Origin: Mizuhopecten yessoensis
Lineage: Eukaryota
NCBI RefSeq assembly: GCF_002113885.1
Contig: NW_018408681.1
Span: 391,786-455,785, forward strand
DNA: 64,000 nucleotides
Direction: 5' to 3'
Under the pieces are notes generated by a model. That model was not told where the DNA came from. It saw only the letters and a program-made list of their open reading frames with translations, and searched no databases. A program made the translations under genes and the position numbers. This document shows positions 1 to 12,789 of this stretch, piece by piece (the first letter of the stretch is position 1; each line of letters starts with the position of its first letter).

Positions 1-1029
1 AATTTTAAGATCCAAAGCAATTTTCAAGTTGGAATGCTAACTTATGTCTTAACGTATGGATCAAGACTACTAAAATACGAAAAATTGATAATGTCTCCTT
101 TAAGAAGTGATGCTTGGTTAATAACTTGTCAGTTGTAGACCATACGATCAGCATATAACTACAGAACCGTTTATATGACGATTGCTAGAGCGAACCTGTT
201 ACCAAGATCCTAATCACGTTACATGTTAAATTTATTTGAAAAAAGATATCGACGTTTTCATTATTATTCATTATTGGAAAAAAGTAACAACCGGGAGTTT
301 GCGTTACACTTGAGCTTGATATTTTGTTTTGTTTTAATAATATCAATCATTCTAGCATGCATTGGAAACAGGAATAAAGGAGATACAAAACTGACATTCA
401 AATTCCGCATTTTTTTCCGGATCAAAAACTATTGGTTAGACAATATATCTTTCTCAAAATCATTTTTCAAAAACATGTAGAGATAAAATTGTAATACTGT
501 AACATTCCAATATAAATCCGTTTTTACCCAGAAGAAATACATGCCACGGATTATGAGAGATATATCTTCATCAAACACCGCAGATAGTGCGAATGTTCAT
601 GAGGAGGAATACATCCATTTATTAAATGACTGCATGTCTTGTTTTACTTGGATTACATACATGCAACATTTTCTATGTATATGATGTACTCTGTAAAACA
701 TTTTTCAACGGGTTAACGAAAACAATTGCAGAAAAAACGAAACCGAGGACAAAATATTGACGTCACGTTACTACAGCATTAAATGGCAGTATATGGTCGG
801 ATTCATTTGGTATTTAAATTCTTTAGACTTCTTAAGCAAATAACAATTGATAAGTTCCACAAGAAATAAACAAGTTCCGGCTAAAAGTTCTTGCATAGCA
901 CATGTGATCACAAGATATGCGATAGTGTAACGTTGTAAAATGTGGCTAAACTGCTATGATCGCTACAATATTGATTACATAAGCGCATATATGAGAAGTA
1001 TTTCCATGCATAAGTGAATATTAAAAGTA

Positions 1030-1410
1030 GTTTTGCTTGATTTAATTGAGTTAAGAGTCCTATCAACAGCTTAGGTCAGTTAAGGCCGTGCTCGTGTATG
1101 CGTGCACGTGTGTAAGGTGTGCTCGTGGTGGTGTGTTGGTATATTTGCTTCCTTTCACGATAGTGTTGATCTGATCCTGACTTTAGAGTTCTATCTCAAT
1201 GAAATACCATGTCGAAGTCATCCTTCACTGTATTCCACCCGGCAACATAACTACTGACAACTGGTGATGATACTACCCCAAATGCTAAACATTAAGCAAG
1301 GAAAAATGACTACCATTTTTAGATAAATGACTTGAGTATGAACCGGTCTTGGAAAAGAACCCGTTGCATCCCAACTGTGGCGAAAGTTCCACACTAAAAC
1401 CAAAAACGAG
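1030..1410 (-). mobile_element. Decayed tRNA-derived SINE (Meta-domain-like body)
   Basis: On the minus strand, a degenerate tRNA-like head is followed by CCGGTTCATACTCAAG...AAAAATGGTAGTCATTTTTCCTTGCTTAATGTTTAGCATT, then ...TTTCATTGAGATAGAACTCTAAAG, and a tail GCTGTTGATAGGACTCTTAACTCAATTAAATCAA. The family assignment is from memory of invertebrate SINE domains. Confidence 0.65.
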
Positions 1411-2756
1411 ATATTGCCAATCAAGGCACTAGGACACAAAAAAAATGGTTTTTAAGAAGTAGAGAGAATATATAAGATCGTAGATGTTGTAATGTATTAG
1501 TATTAACATTGCATTCTTATATATGTTAGAACTTATGTTATGTATAAGTTTCAATGTTATCAAAGTATATAGGTGATGTAAGTACTTCAATTAATTATAA
1601 ATATATTAGAAATGTAAAAATGTATTTATAATGACTCATATAAACAACCCTAGTTTACGATAACGCCAGGGGGTAAAAAATCTGTCGGTATTGCTGTAAA
1701 AATATATTGATTATACATTATTATCATCAGAAATTGGGACTTGTGGTGTGCCGATAGAAATACTAAGTTAAGGTGAAAACCTGTACAAAAATAGAGATAT
1801 TAAATACAGAAACATACACATTTGTATCACTTCGGCGTATTCTCTACAAACACTCCGGAAGGGACCGGATATGAAGAACACAGGTACGACTTGACTTTTT
1901 ATTATTCTAATATTTTATGGATTTCAAAACCACAATTTCCGTTCTGGAGGAATTAGGAGGTTTACTATAGTAAACTCAAATATGCCACCGTCGATGAATA
2001 AATGCAATCTAAAACAGACCACAACTCAGTGTTTTGATCAGGAAATGTAAAATTCCAAGCAATTCATTAAAATGTCGTTAAAATGTCTGCACAATTCAGT
2101 TAATGTACAGGAAATGCGCGTGCGTTGCACATTATTGTCAATTCACGTTCACCTGTTTAGAGAATAATACCGGGCGTAACAACCACAACAATCATACAGT
2201 TATAGACTTATAATGAGAGTACGTTATGTATAGACAGCCGTGTGGCAATATCAACCGATATATTGGGATGCTTCCAAAATCTGAAAACGTTTTAACATAA
2301 AAGCATGAAATTCTTCGGCAAATAGTATCATAAAATTACACAGATAATACGTTTCTCCACAATGAAATTAAAGAATACCTCTTAATTATCCGAAGTCTAA
2401 TGGAATGTAACTGTACATCAAACTGACAAGAGATTTCATAATTTCTGTCCTAAATAATACGCTAAACTAAGCATCATAATTGTGTCTGCAGGTATAGTAA
2501 ACAAAAGCTGGAGAAGCAGTGATGAATAGGGCGGGGCAAAAGGAATGGTGAATTTTACAGGAGTCGGATGGAAGGTGTAGCAAAACGAATTGAGAAAAAA
2601 AGGGGACCGGGAGGACAGGGGTTACAGGCAGGGTAAATAATAGACTGGTTTCCTCCCTTAGTTTGTTAACCCCGCCAGGGCTGCGCTTTGCTAGCGTATT
2701 AGGGAGGAGCTAACAAGAAAGGGAATGACAAAAAGGGTGTAATGAAGGGGCGGTAA

Positions 2757-3375
2757 GGCAAATGAAGGTAGATGAAAGAGTGAAAGGGTGAGACAAGCTG
2801 GGGACTTGTAAGAAAGGTGAGACGGCTGTAAGGCAAATGAGGATAGTGGGGGGTCCGGGGAAGTATACTTGGGTAAAAGGCAAGATGAGTTGTAATGTGG
2901 GGGTTGATCGGGGCAGCAGGCAAATGAGGATAGAGGGGGTCGGGAGGGTATACTTGGGTAAAAGGCAGGAGGAGTGGTAAGGTGAGGGATGGTGGAGGCT
3001 GCAGGCGAATGAGCATAGAGGGGGATCAGGAGGGTATACTGGGGTAAAAGGCAAGAGGAGTGGTAAGGTGGGATGGTGGGGGCGGCAGGCGAATGAGGAT
3101 ATGTGTGAAGGATTGGGAGAGTATACTGGGGTGAAAGGCAGGAGGAATTGTAAGGTGAGGGATAGTGGGGGCGGTAGGCAAATGCGAATAGAGGGGGATC
3201 GGGAGGGTTTACTGGGGTTAAAGGCAGGAGGAGTGGTAAGATGGAGGGATGGTGGGGCGGCAGGCAAATGAGGATAGAGGGGTATTGGGATAGTTTACTG
3301 GCAGGAGGAGTGTTAAAGAAGGGGGGGGGGGGGGTAAATGGTGGTGGATTGGGGCGGCAATGCGATTGAGGATAC
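2757..3375. repeat. G/purine-rich tandem repeat, about 86-bp unit, about 7 copies, with a G14 run at 3321-3334
   Basis: The GGC(A/G)AATG anchor recurs at 2757, 2832, 2919, 3004, 3088, 3177 and 3263, with a variant at about 3356. It explains the Pro-rich ORFs 2699..3016 and 2710..3267. Confidence 0.9.
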
Positions 3376-4499
3376 AGGAGAATAGGGAGATCGACGTAGC
3401 TTGAGCGTTGTCGAATGGAAGGAAAAAGAAATTAAATGGGACCAAGTGGGTATGTAGATACCTTTACGGCACGGGGACCAGGAGCTCCATGGAAGACGAG
3501 GGGTTATATGATCAGAAAAAGAATGGGTATGGTAACATATCTGAAAGTTGAGAAAGGAGGGGAGACCATGCTTATACAGATGCATTTTATGTTAATATGT
3601 CTGTGAGCTGCAGAAGGAAAAGAGTTTATGATCAGACCGGGGAGATATACAGTACTCTGGAAAGATGTCTGTTAATTGATAAGTACGGGAAAATGTTGCG
3701 GATTATGAGGGTGATACAAACGAAGTGCTTTCCAAATAAAATATACATAAAAATGTCAAAAAAGCCCTCAAGTGATTAGAACTCTGAGGGGAACACGTAT
3801 ATGACATTAACAACAGCTGGTAGACAGCAATAATACATCGCATGTATCTGTATATTACTGTAGTCACGCACGAGACGAGACACATGTCTATCAATGGAAC
3901 CTATCCCCCTATAATACCACTGACCTACTTACAATCCAGTGCACGTGCTTTAGATAAGGTACAGTACTCACGCAGACGAACTTGAATCAAAACAATATCA
4001 AACCCCGATGTAAACTTGAGTAAATGGAATCATTCTATTGACAGTTTTACCAATTTATTTGATAATATTACACATAGTCGGTGTAGTATATCTAACAACG
4101 TGTAGAGTATTTGTCAAGTGTTTTCAATCAAATAATTTATTTACTCAGAATGAAAGTTGCTCTTTTAAGCAATTTAAATGGGTATGGCAAAAACAGTGTT
4201 CAAGTACCCCAAGTTTTATGGAGTAATTTCTTAAGTAATAATGCTTGTTTAACGGAAATGGATGGAAGTTTAAAGTTTAAAGGAATGTCCTTGACTTGTT
4301 TCAGTTAATATTATATCAACAACCTTTTGAAAGAAACATGGCTAAACTATGAAGGCATCTCTCAAACAGATCTTACTTTTATTAAATTTAACAAACAGAT
4401 AACAACTAACTAGACACCGAAAATCGTTAATGTTCCAAGGCTGCACTAAAGCTAATCCTATTGACACATTTATTTTGTCAATCTGTTTAGACTAGCGGG

Positions 4500-5092
4500 C
4501 TTCATGCAATATGGATGTAACCGATTTGCGTTCATACCGGCATGAAAATTAAACAAACGCCGTTCAATCCCTATAAATGTAAATTGATTATAATAATAAA
4601 GTACCAATGTACTTGCTGTTAATAGTCTATGCAAAAAAAATGAAACAAAAATGAACGATAAGCCCTTGTCAAATCCTTCGACACCTCTCCAACCTTCCTT
4701 TTCTTTCTTGTCCCTCTCTCGATCTCTCTCTCTTTATTACTCTTTTCTTTCCTATCTTCTTCTAAAACATTACAATGGAACATAACACTTTATATCCTGG
4801 TTTCAGCGTGTAAAATTAGTAAAACTGTTTTTTTTTCTTTTTTTTCTTTGTTTGATTCTTTACTCCAATGCATATACTATTATTCTATGTATCTTGTTTC
4901 AATTTTATATAGAAAATAATTGTTTTCTGAATTGGTATCTAATTTGATGTAATTATTATGATAATGTTAGAAAAATGTCAAAGCAAACAAAAAAATTGTG
5001 TGAAAATTAAGAATGTGTGGCTGAAATATAATGTGTTATGTTTATAATGTACTGTTGAAAAACTTCTAAGAATAAAAAATAAATAAAAAAAT
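4500..5092 (+). mobile_element. Possible decayed 3' end of a non-LTR retrotransposon (LINE)
   Basis: A CT-rich tract is followed by a T/TG-rich UTR-like segment and ends in AATAAAAAATAAATAAAAAAA (5071-5091). No intact ORF. Confidence 0.25.
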
Positions 5093-8000
5093 AGTTTATC
5101 AGCTTAAATAGCAATAGGTCTAACTTATTATTAACGCTTACATTTCATTTCCTCTTGAATATTATTTGAATTGAGAACGTTTAACATATCTACAACGAGC
5201 ATTGATATACGTGTTAATTGCATGTTTCACACGTTATCCTCTAACCCAAATCACGGAAACCGTTGACCATTGGTCAAGCATTTTCTTTGCCTATCTCATC
5301 AATAATGTTTCTGCATTCCCTGCATTTCATGTGAATGTTTTACTCGAGGTATTCTCGTTGACCGGCCGAAATACTTGACAAGAATCCCTCAAGGGCACTA
5401 ATCTCTTAATTTCTTGTTTTTTTCATTCGACCGATGAGTCAAGCATTCCGAAGTGTCTGGATGTGATAGATATATATCGGAACAACTCGGACTGCACTAT
5501 ATGCACTGCTTGGTCAAATAATGATGGGCATATACTAGTTACCGGTTGTTCGGACAACATTCCGTACCTTTGTTTCTGCCATGTCTGTGTCAGTCAGATC
5601 GTTAGATTAACAACTAACACTTGCTTAGTCTCGCGTTAAATTCATATTTACATACCGAGGTGATGGGAAATGTATTTTGAAACAGAGCGCGAGATAAGAA
5701 TTGAACTCTGAGGTGGCGTGAAATGGTTTTACAAGGTACCACGGACCATGACCTATAAACATAATTTTGACCGACTGACCATATTCAAAATTGTAAACAG
5801 TGCTGAACTGAGTTTGTAAACAAACTCAGCAGAGTTCGCCGTATGATATGGCGATAAAGGCATTTTAAAAACTTTTATTGAGCTTTTGGTGTTTCTTATC
5901 TGAAGAATGTTTCGTAATCTTTTGTTCGCAGCAGTTGGTAAGTATACACTATATACAACAGCAAGAAATATGGTCTTCAGTTTTATTTTTTATTATTGCT
6001 GGATTCCAATATCCTTGAACTACTGCAACAGTTTTGTCTACATGCTGATTGTGTTAAATATAACGCTATAGTCTACGAACAACATAACCAGGATACAAAC
6101 CATTAACTGTTTGATAAAGGAAATTAAACAGAGAATTACGCCAAAAAAGTCAGAGTCGCTTTCCGTTGCTTTTATCTGTAAGCCGTTTTGTTTAACTTAG
6201 GTCATAAAAACACATTGAACTACTAACCGACTTATTTTCAATTTATTTTAAAGGAAAACAGATTAAAGATGTTTGGGTCTAAAAAATGTAGGTCAACATT
6301 TTTGCACCAAGCGAGATTCCATATAAAATATTTTATAAAGTAGAGTAACACATCCTAGATTCTGAATCCGTAACCGATTTCTCGTTAAAATAATTTCAGA
6401 ATTTATAAATAAATACTAGAAATGTTTGTTCTGTATCGCCCTCCGGTTAGGTCCAAGTCTGTGTCTGTTAAGTCAATTGATTCTGATAAATAGTATGCAC
6501 AGCGTACCCTACATCAACACGTGGTTGTCTATCAGTGGCGGAAGTCTTAAAGCTCTGTTAGATTACAAGACAGGGGTCATTGTTTTCATACTTTTCTGAT
6601 TTCCTATCTTCAATACTCAAGTTATCACCCTATGCACTTAGCTGATTATTATTACGATTACGATATTTGAAATAATTTGATAGATGAATTATACTATCCT
6701 TTTCCAGGTCGGTCAAATGATTAAAAGGATCAGACTAAGAAAACATTTAACCTCAGATGAAAACTACAACAGAAGCATTCCTGAGTCCGGTCGATCTATT
6801 TCTCGCCCTTCCATGCCAGCGGGTGTTATGGTACACATGGTTCTCTTTTTGTAAACAAGACTGATGGGGATATGCATTTCAAGGTCGAAGAGCAATTCCA
6901 GTCCAATAACAGATCAAGAGGTTCATTTCATGAGGAATTCGACATATGTGGTACATTCCGGAATTCTCGAGTATTGAACGGATCTTCGTATTGAACATTA
7001 TGCACGTTTGTCGGCTTCCGTTTACATACCACTGGCATGTTTGTGACTCGCCTAATAATGTTTTCTGAAACAACACGTTTAAAGATTGACGCCTATCATC
7101 GCATCTGCTATAGGTGCTTTCGTCAACAAGGTAAATAGAATGACCAGCCTCGTCTTGTCATTGAAAGCCCCGGCAATTGTTAGAGCAATGTTAATTCCAT
7201 GCGAATCAATGACCGAATGTACACACAATACAACCTATGACCGTCTGATGATTTTACCACTATACAACAACAACAAAATAAAGCTGTTTAAATACATAAA
7301 CGTAAATATGAATCCAGATTCTTTGCACGGGTGATATTTTGTGGATGTAATTGTTCCATTTTTTTATTTAAATTATAGCAGATCGGTCGCTGGAAAAATG
7401 TCATTAAATATATTGACATAAAAATGATACGAATTGCAATGTATCAAAGGTAACAACAATAACGTGGAGGTTTGATCGCCGTTTAAGTTACCATACCATA
7501 CGCAATCATTTACAATTCAGTCGCTAAAACGCAATGGCCTTTTACGGGTTCCGTTTTGATATGACGTCATCGAGTTAATCACTTAATTTGGCGGAAGGAC
7601 ACCGCCGATGGTTGTTACGATAATGTCATCCCGTCCTGTTCTCAGACTTTTGTTTCATCCATGTAAAGCATATAATGTGGCAAAACCGATATCAAGAGGA
7701 AGTTTAACAGGCTGTTGCGATCACGATCGTGCTCATTTCGGTGTTGTTGGACCTATTTTTGCAGTGTCATGCAGCAGGCGCCATTTTCCAACATGACAAC
7801 TCAACCCTTGACACCAACCAGTGGCGCTGGCACGAAATTTCCTAGGCACAACAATGCCCAAAAACTAGACTGGTCTGCACAGTCTTAAAAGCTGTCATTC
7901 ATAAAACACGTTTACAATGTCATTGAGAAATAAGTTCGACGCCACCAAAATCAGTCTTGTAACTTTTATGATCTCACACAAGCGTTGATGCAGGAGTGGG

Positions 8001-9711
8001 ATAAAAACACTCACGCTAACGTCAAACACGGTCCATGCGGCGGCATATCTATGCGTTTCCAGACCCGTGATAGCAATCATGTGTAACGGACATTTTTTTT
8101 TATCTTATCAAGTAAAGCTGCATACTTTAATGCTTCAGCAGACCACAATGGATAAGTTTGTCTTTTTGCAGAAATTTAGTTTTACGATGCAAAGCATGAT
8201 GAAATGGGATTTCCTTTTGGGATTAATCAATGTGTATGAATATCTCTGTATTTATCCTATCTAATAATGTGCATTTCAACATTTCAAGTTCAATTGGTAA
8301 AGTTTTAAACTGCATTTTTAAATACCTAAAAAGAAATTCAGAAAGTGGAGAGCCTTGTGCTATACAACCTACATACCCCAAATGAATAGCAAAAGTAGCG
8401 GAGAGCCTTGGTCTTATTGTGGTCATTTGGACTTGATAGCGGTGAAAAACTTAGATAATTAGGGTTCATTTGGGGTATATTAGCAATCAGAATGCATATA
8501 ATTGTAACTACAAAGTAATATTTTAAAAGTGAAAATATCCTGGTTTTCTCTTATCATGAAAACCAACTAAATGCCATGTTTTGTGTTTATTTTCTACTTC
8601 ACTGCTTCATTTTTTCTCTGCAGGGACTAATTGATAAAAGAATGAAAACTCATGTCGTGATTAAGCAATTCTAGATTCTTTTTTTTATTAATCAAGCTGA
8701 TCAGTTAGGGCCTACTAAAGCATTAACGTTGACCCTCCTTTCAGACAGAGGATATCCTACCATTTACTAGATTAATAATGCATAATGAACTACTACAAAA
8801 ATATCTAAATTTAATCGCTCATTGTAATTTCGATACTTTTAATTCGGTCGTAGCTATAAACAATTAATCATTACCATCAAAATTAAGCTCGCGTCCGCTG
8901 TAGGAACTGTACCGTATTGGAACTTGTGTTTAGAGAACGTCATTTGTTGGACCGATCTGATTTTCTGGATTTGGGAGGAAACGTTTGCATCATGTTGGAT
9001 GTCATTTGTGGCTCAGAAGACGCTTCTCCTTCTGAGACAGCTGTTTTACTTCTCCCGTTATTTGTGAGGTATTCTGATATTACCCTACATACTTTGAAAA
9101 GAATGTCGACAATTGATCTAGGTATTTTTTACCTCCAATTGGATCAGAGTCTTTTCCTGCATATCCTCAGTTTCCCGAAAGTTCCTTAATAAAACAGAAA
9201 TTCTTATCACGTTTTTCTAGATAAGATAAGCAATATTGAATTTCAAAATTCTTTAAGAAACTTCACTAATGATTTCCTTTAGAAAATCTTGTGTGAAGGG
9301 ATTTCCATGCGTTAGTGAAACAGGTCACTTGCTGTCTAGGGAAAACAAAGAGGCGGTTGAATTTACAAATTTTATTTTTCTACCTCTGTAAACCCGAACC
9401 AATCATCTTACCACCATGGCGTAGACTAGTCTGCACAGTGGACGATCATTTACATATTCAGCACTATAATTTACATACTCAGCTCTTATGAATATTCATA
9501 ATCTTTCGTTTATAAACTAATATGTACAATTCGTCAGGAACCGTATATATACAAATAAACATCTACGTTTACATCATATATCATATATATATAATAACTA
9601 TATGTCTACTCACTTATATAACACTGCTACGAAATTTATCACAATCTATACGTCATAAAGTATGAACATAATTACAGTACAACATTGTAAGGTGAGACAT
9701 GGGAGAGGGGT

Positions 9712-9765
9712 CGTGCACGTGTGGCGGTACACGTGTGACCTTGCACGTGTGGCCGTGCACGTGCA
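9712..9765. repeat. 14-bp x4 microarray, each unit holding a CACGTG E-box
   Basis: CACGTG at 9716, 9730, 9744 and 9758, an exact 14-bp period. Confidence 0.8.
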
Positions 9766-10514
9766 GGATAACATCAATCGGGAAATATTACCAAACATGC
9801 CATTATATGAAAATCACGAAATAAAAACATTTTCAACTGTACTTGTGAATTCAAAATAATTTAAACCTGTCTATTCAATTCGCATTTATATACCTGATAC
9901 TTTTACAGAAATTCACAATGTACTTATTCTTATTTTCTTTTCTGCAGTTTTCAAAATGAAAAAAACGAATATGATCATTATATTTTGATTATTTGTGACA
10001 ATTGCAATAACAATTTTAGGTGTATGTATAAGAGCACAAAAGACAATAAATATTTGTGGGTAAAACTTTTACCTCGTCATGTGGGGGAATAATGGCAAAA
10101 AAAGTCATGATATGAATTTTGTTTCTAAAATGCACGTTTCTTTCAAAATGCAATATATTAAAACGTTGTGTACACGTTGTTTTAAGATATTTGTAAAACA
10201 TTTGACAAATATAAACACTAATGAAAAAGTAGGTGTCATACAATATTCGTTTGAATGGGTTAATATTTTCTCGATCGAGAATGGCAAAAACACATATTCA
10301 TCATCGCCTGAATATTTCTATGTAAGATATAAACACAACCATTTGCTGATATTTAGCCGTATCTTCATACATTCTTACACACTTACAGAGCGAGCGTTTA
10401 CGAAACCTCTACATGCAATTAAAACATGTAATACATAAGATCATATCTACATGAAAGACTAAAATCAATTAATATCAAGGTAATGTTGATTGCGTTAAAA
10501 CACTACAAAGCTTA

Positions 10515-11100
10515 GGAACTATCCTTCTCCCTCATCCTCCATTCGTATCCTGATAGGAAAGATAAGTTGAATCTCACGCCAAGATCTCGTACATACTCTC
10601 TGCACTCTCCCCCGCTGTGTTGCACATTATAGTACGTAAGATATATACTGCATTTCTCCCTCCCTCCTAAAACTTGCACAAATCTCGCATTACTACTACC
10701 AACACTCACACCTTTCTCCCCTTTCAAAACTAGCATCAATCATGCCTTCCTCTCTCCCAATGTTAGCTCAAATACTGCTTTTGCAATCTTTTACTAGCTC
10801 TTATACAGCTTTTCTTCCTTCCGTACCTAGCAATTATCAAATTCTGCATTTTAAGCCCATTGCTAGCTCCAATACTGTTTATCTCTCTTAATACTACCTT
10901 ACATAATGCCTTACTCTCTCACCAATAATGCTCTAATACTTCATTGTTCTCAAAGAAAAGTAGCTGCAATACTGACTTTCTCTCCCAAAAACTAGCACTA
11001 TACATGTACCTAATTTCCATTCCCCACAAAACTCCATAAACCCTTCCGTTCTCTCACCTCATACTCGCTCTTTCTTTCTTTCTCTTTGTTTGTTAGTTTC
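10515..11100. repeat. Degenerate pyrimidine-rich low-complexity/tandem region
   Basis: Recurrent ATACTGC..TTCTCTCCC..AACTAGCTC-like motifs and a strongly G-poor plus strand. Confidence 0.5.
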
Positions 11101-11498
11101 TGTTGCTAATTCTGTACACATATCTTTATCCTGTATAGAAATGCAAGGAATGGCATTTGTTGGGATTTCGATTAACGTAAAGTTTTCCTCAATTGAACAC
11201 ATTATACATTCTGGCGTAATACTAAAGGACGACGCCACATAAATCGCTCCTAATACCCATTACATATAGCGTGTCGACATTGTTATGTTTAGAAATTAGG
11301 CTAAGAATCATTACTATAAACTTGAAAGGGAGTTATAGCATTCTGTGTTATTAAAGTAATTCCCCACAAACTTTGTATAATCTTAACATCACGCTTACCT
11401 TACACATGTAAACCCTCAACTTATGTTTGTATCCATTTAGATACTTCTTTCATCCCAAAGTCAACGGACGTATTTTTTTGTGAACAAATGTTGTATTA

Positions 11499-11504
11499 TT
11501 TATT
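11499..11504 (-). other. Candidate polyadenylation signal (AATAAA) for the MDP1-like gene
   Basis: First minus-strand AATAAA I found after the stop, about 630 nt downstream. A more distal candidate lies at 9371-9376. Confidence 0.3.
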
Positions 11505-12132
11505 CATCTCTTATCCTCCCCGCTCATTCAAGATTCTTTTCATCTTCAGACAATTACGCTGTGAATGTGGCACTGTAGACGTACTTCACTCTCCTCAATA
11601 CAAACACATGCACCTGCTCAGCTCCAGATGCTGTATTATGATCACGTGATGGGCGGGATGTCGCCTCTTCATAGATCTATCGTCTGTTAAACACCTACTT
11701 AAATCGTCCAATTACATCGTTGCATCTGTTCAGACAACGCAGTGAGTTTTTACGTGGTGTCGTTCATGATTCGGTAGTGAGTCTGCATGCTCCTGTATAC
11801 TCTATTTACCCCATGTTCTATTAAAATCAAAATTTCAAAATTTGATTATCCATATGTGTATTACAAATATTTCATCGCACTTTCATCCAATTTGTGCGCA
11901 AATTCATCCCTTTCAAAAATGTCACATCTCTAAGCACACTTTTCACGTCAAAATCCGGTCTTGATTTCTGTCATAACAAACATTTTTTCCACTAGATACA
12001 CGTATAAATACTCGATTTAAACGAGGACATTTTACGAGTCAACCTCATTATCACAATGTCACGTGACTATTGTAAAGCTTGTTTTCCCTATTTTAAGGAC
12101 ATGACAAAATCTTTCAGCTTAATGTATAATAT

Positions 12133-12482
12133 TTAGTTTTCGTTTATTTCTTGACACGCCAGAAGCTTTTTGGTATCCAATTTGGGAATTGATAACGCTG
12201 GGGCGGACATTCTTCTACCGCGGAGGCGCACAGCCCTGTCAATAACTGGAGGAGTATCGTATGTAATTGAGGCACGTGACCCGCGCCTTTTGTGTACGTA
12301 GAACACAGTTGTTTCACTCTGGGACTCCTCGGAGTCGTTGCTGTTGAGAGAGCTTGTACTGGAGTGAAGCATGTTGTTGTTATTGTTGTTAGCGTTGCTA
12401 ATGTGGTTGTTTGAGAAGGCCTTGAATCCCTCTTCCAATATTTCTTCTGACACTCCACGATTTGCCCAAATACATGTCACAC
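12133..12482 (-). CDS. MDP1: MDP1-like terminal coding exon 6 (GVTCIWANRGVSEEILEEGFKAF + 93-aa tail, TAA stop)
   Basis: ttctcag|GTGTGACATGT..., phase 1. GVTCI...G...L..G...F matches the MDP1 C-terminal strand and helix. It corresponds to ORF 12133..12480. The spliced total is 780 nt = 260 codons including the stop. Confidence 0.93.
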
Positions 12483-12789
12483 CTGAGAATGAAATAAAAA
12501 AGCCTCAAAATTAAAAGCTTAAAATTCCAGTTTCGAAGGTAAACCAAAAAACAAGCTATGAATTTTAACATAACTGCATGATAAAAGTTGGATGTCTCAT
12601 GTACCAGAAGAATAATGGTAGGTTGATCCGAGGTTTGCTGGTGCAATTACACTGACTCGATATAAACGAGCAATTAAACTTTCCTTCAGCTTTAATCTTC
12701 CTTCTTTGCATGAATTGTTACAATCTTTGAGAAAATGAGTCGTACAAAGAGTCTCGAAAGAGAGAATAACCAGAGAAAATGTTAAAATC

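Noticed and set aside
2699-3585. Pro-rich and Gly-rich ORFs
   Set aside because: They are by-products of the G-rich 86-bp repeat, and frames are not preserved between units.
6879-7157. Minus-strand open frame of about 90 codons (…SIYLVDESTYSRCD…GMYHICRIP…) with faint cupredoxin/ephrin-like flavour
   Set aside because: I found no convincing splice sites, partner exons or diagnostic motif. A profile (HMMER/HHpred) hit would be needed.
8917-9189. 90-aa plus-strand ORF and a candidate minus-strand acceptor
   Set aside because: It has a TTG start and no recognisable domain, and all minus frames after the acceptor contain stops.
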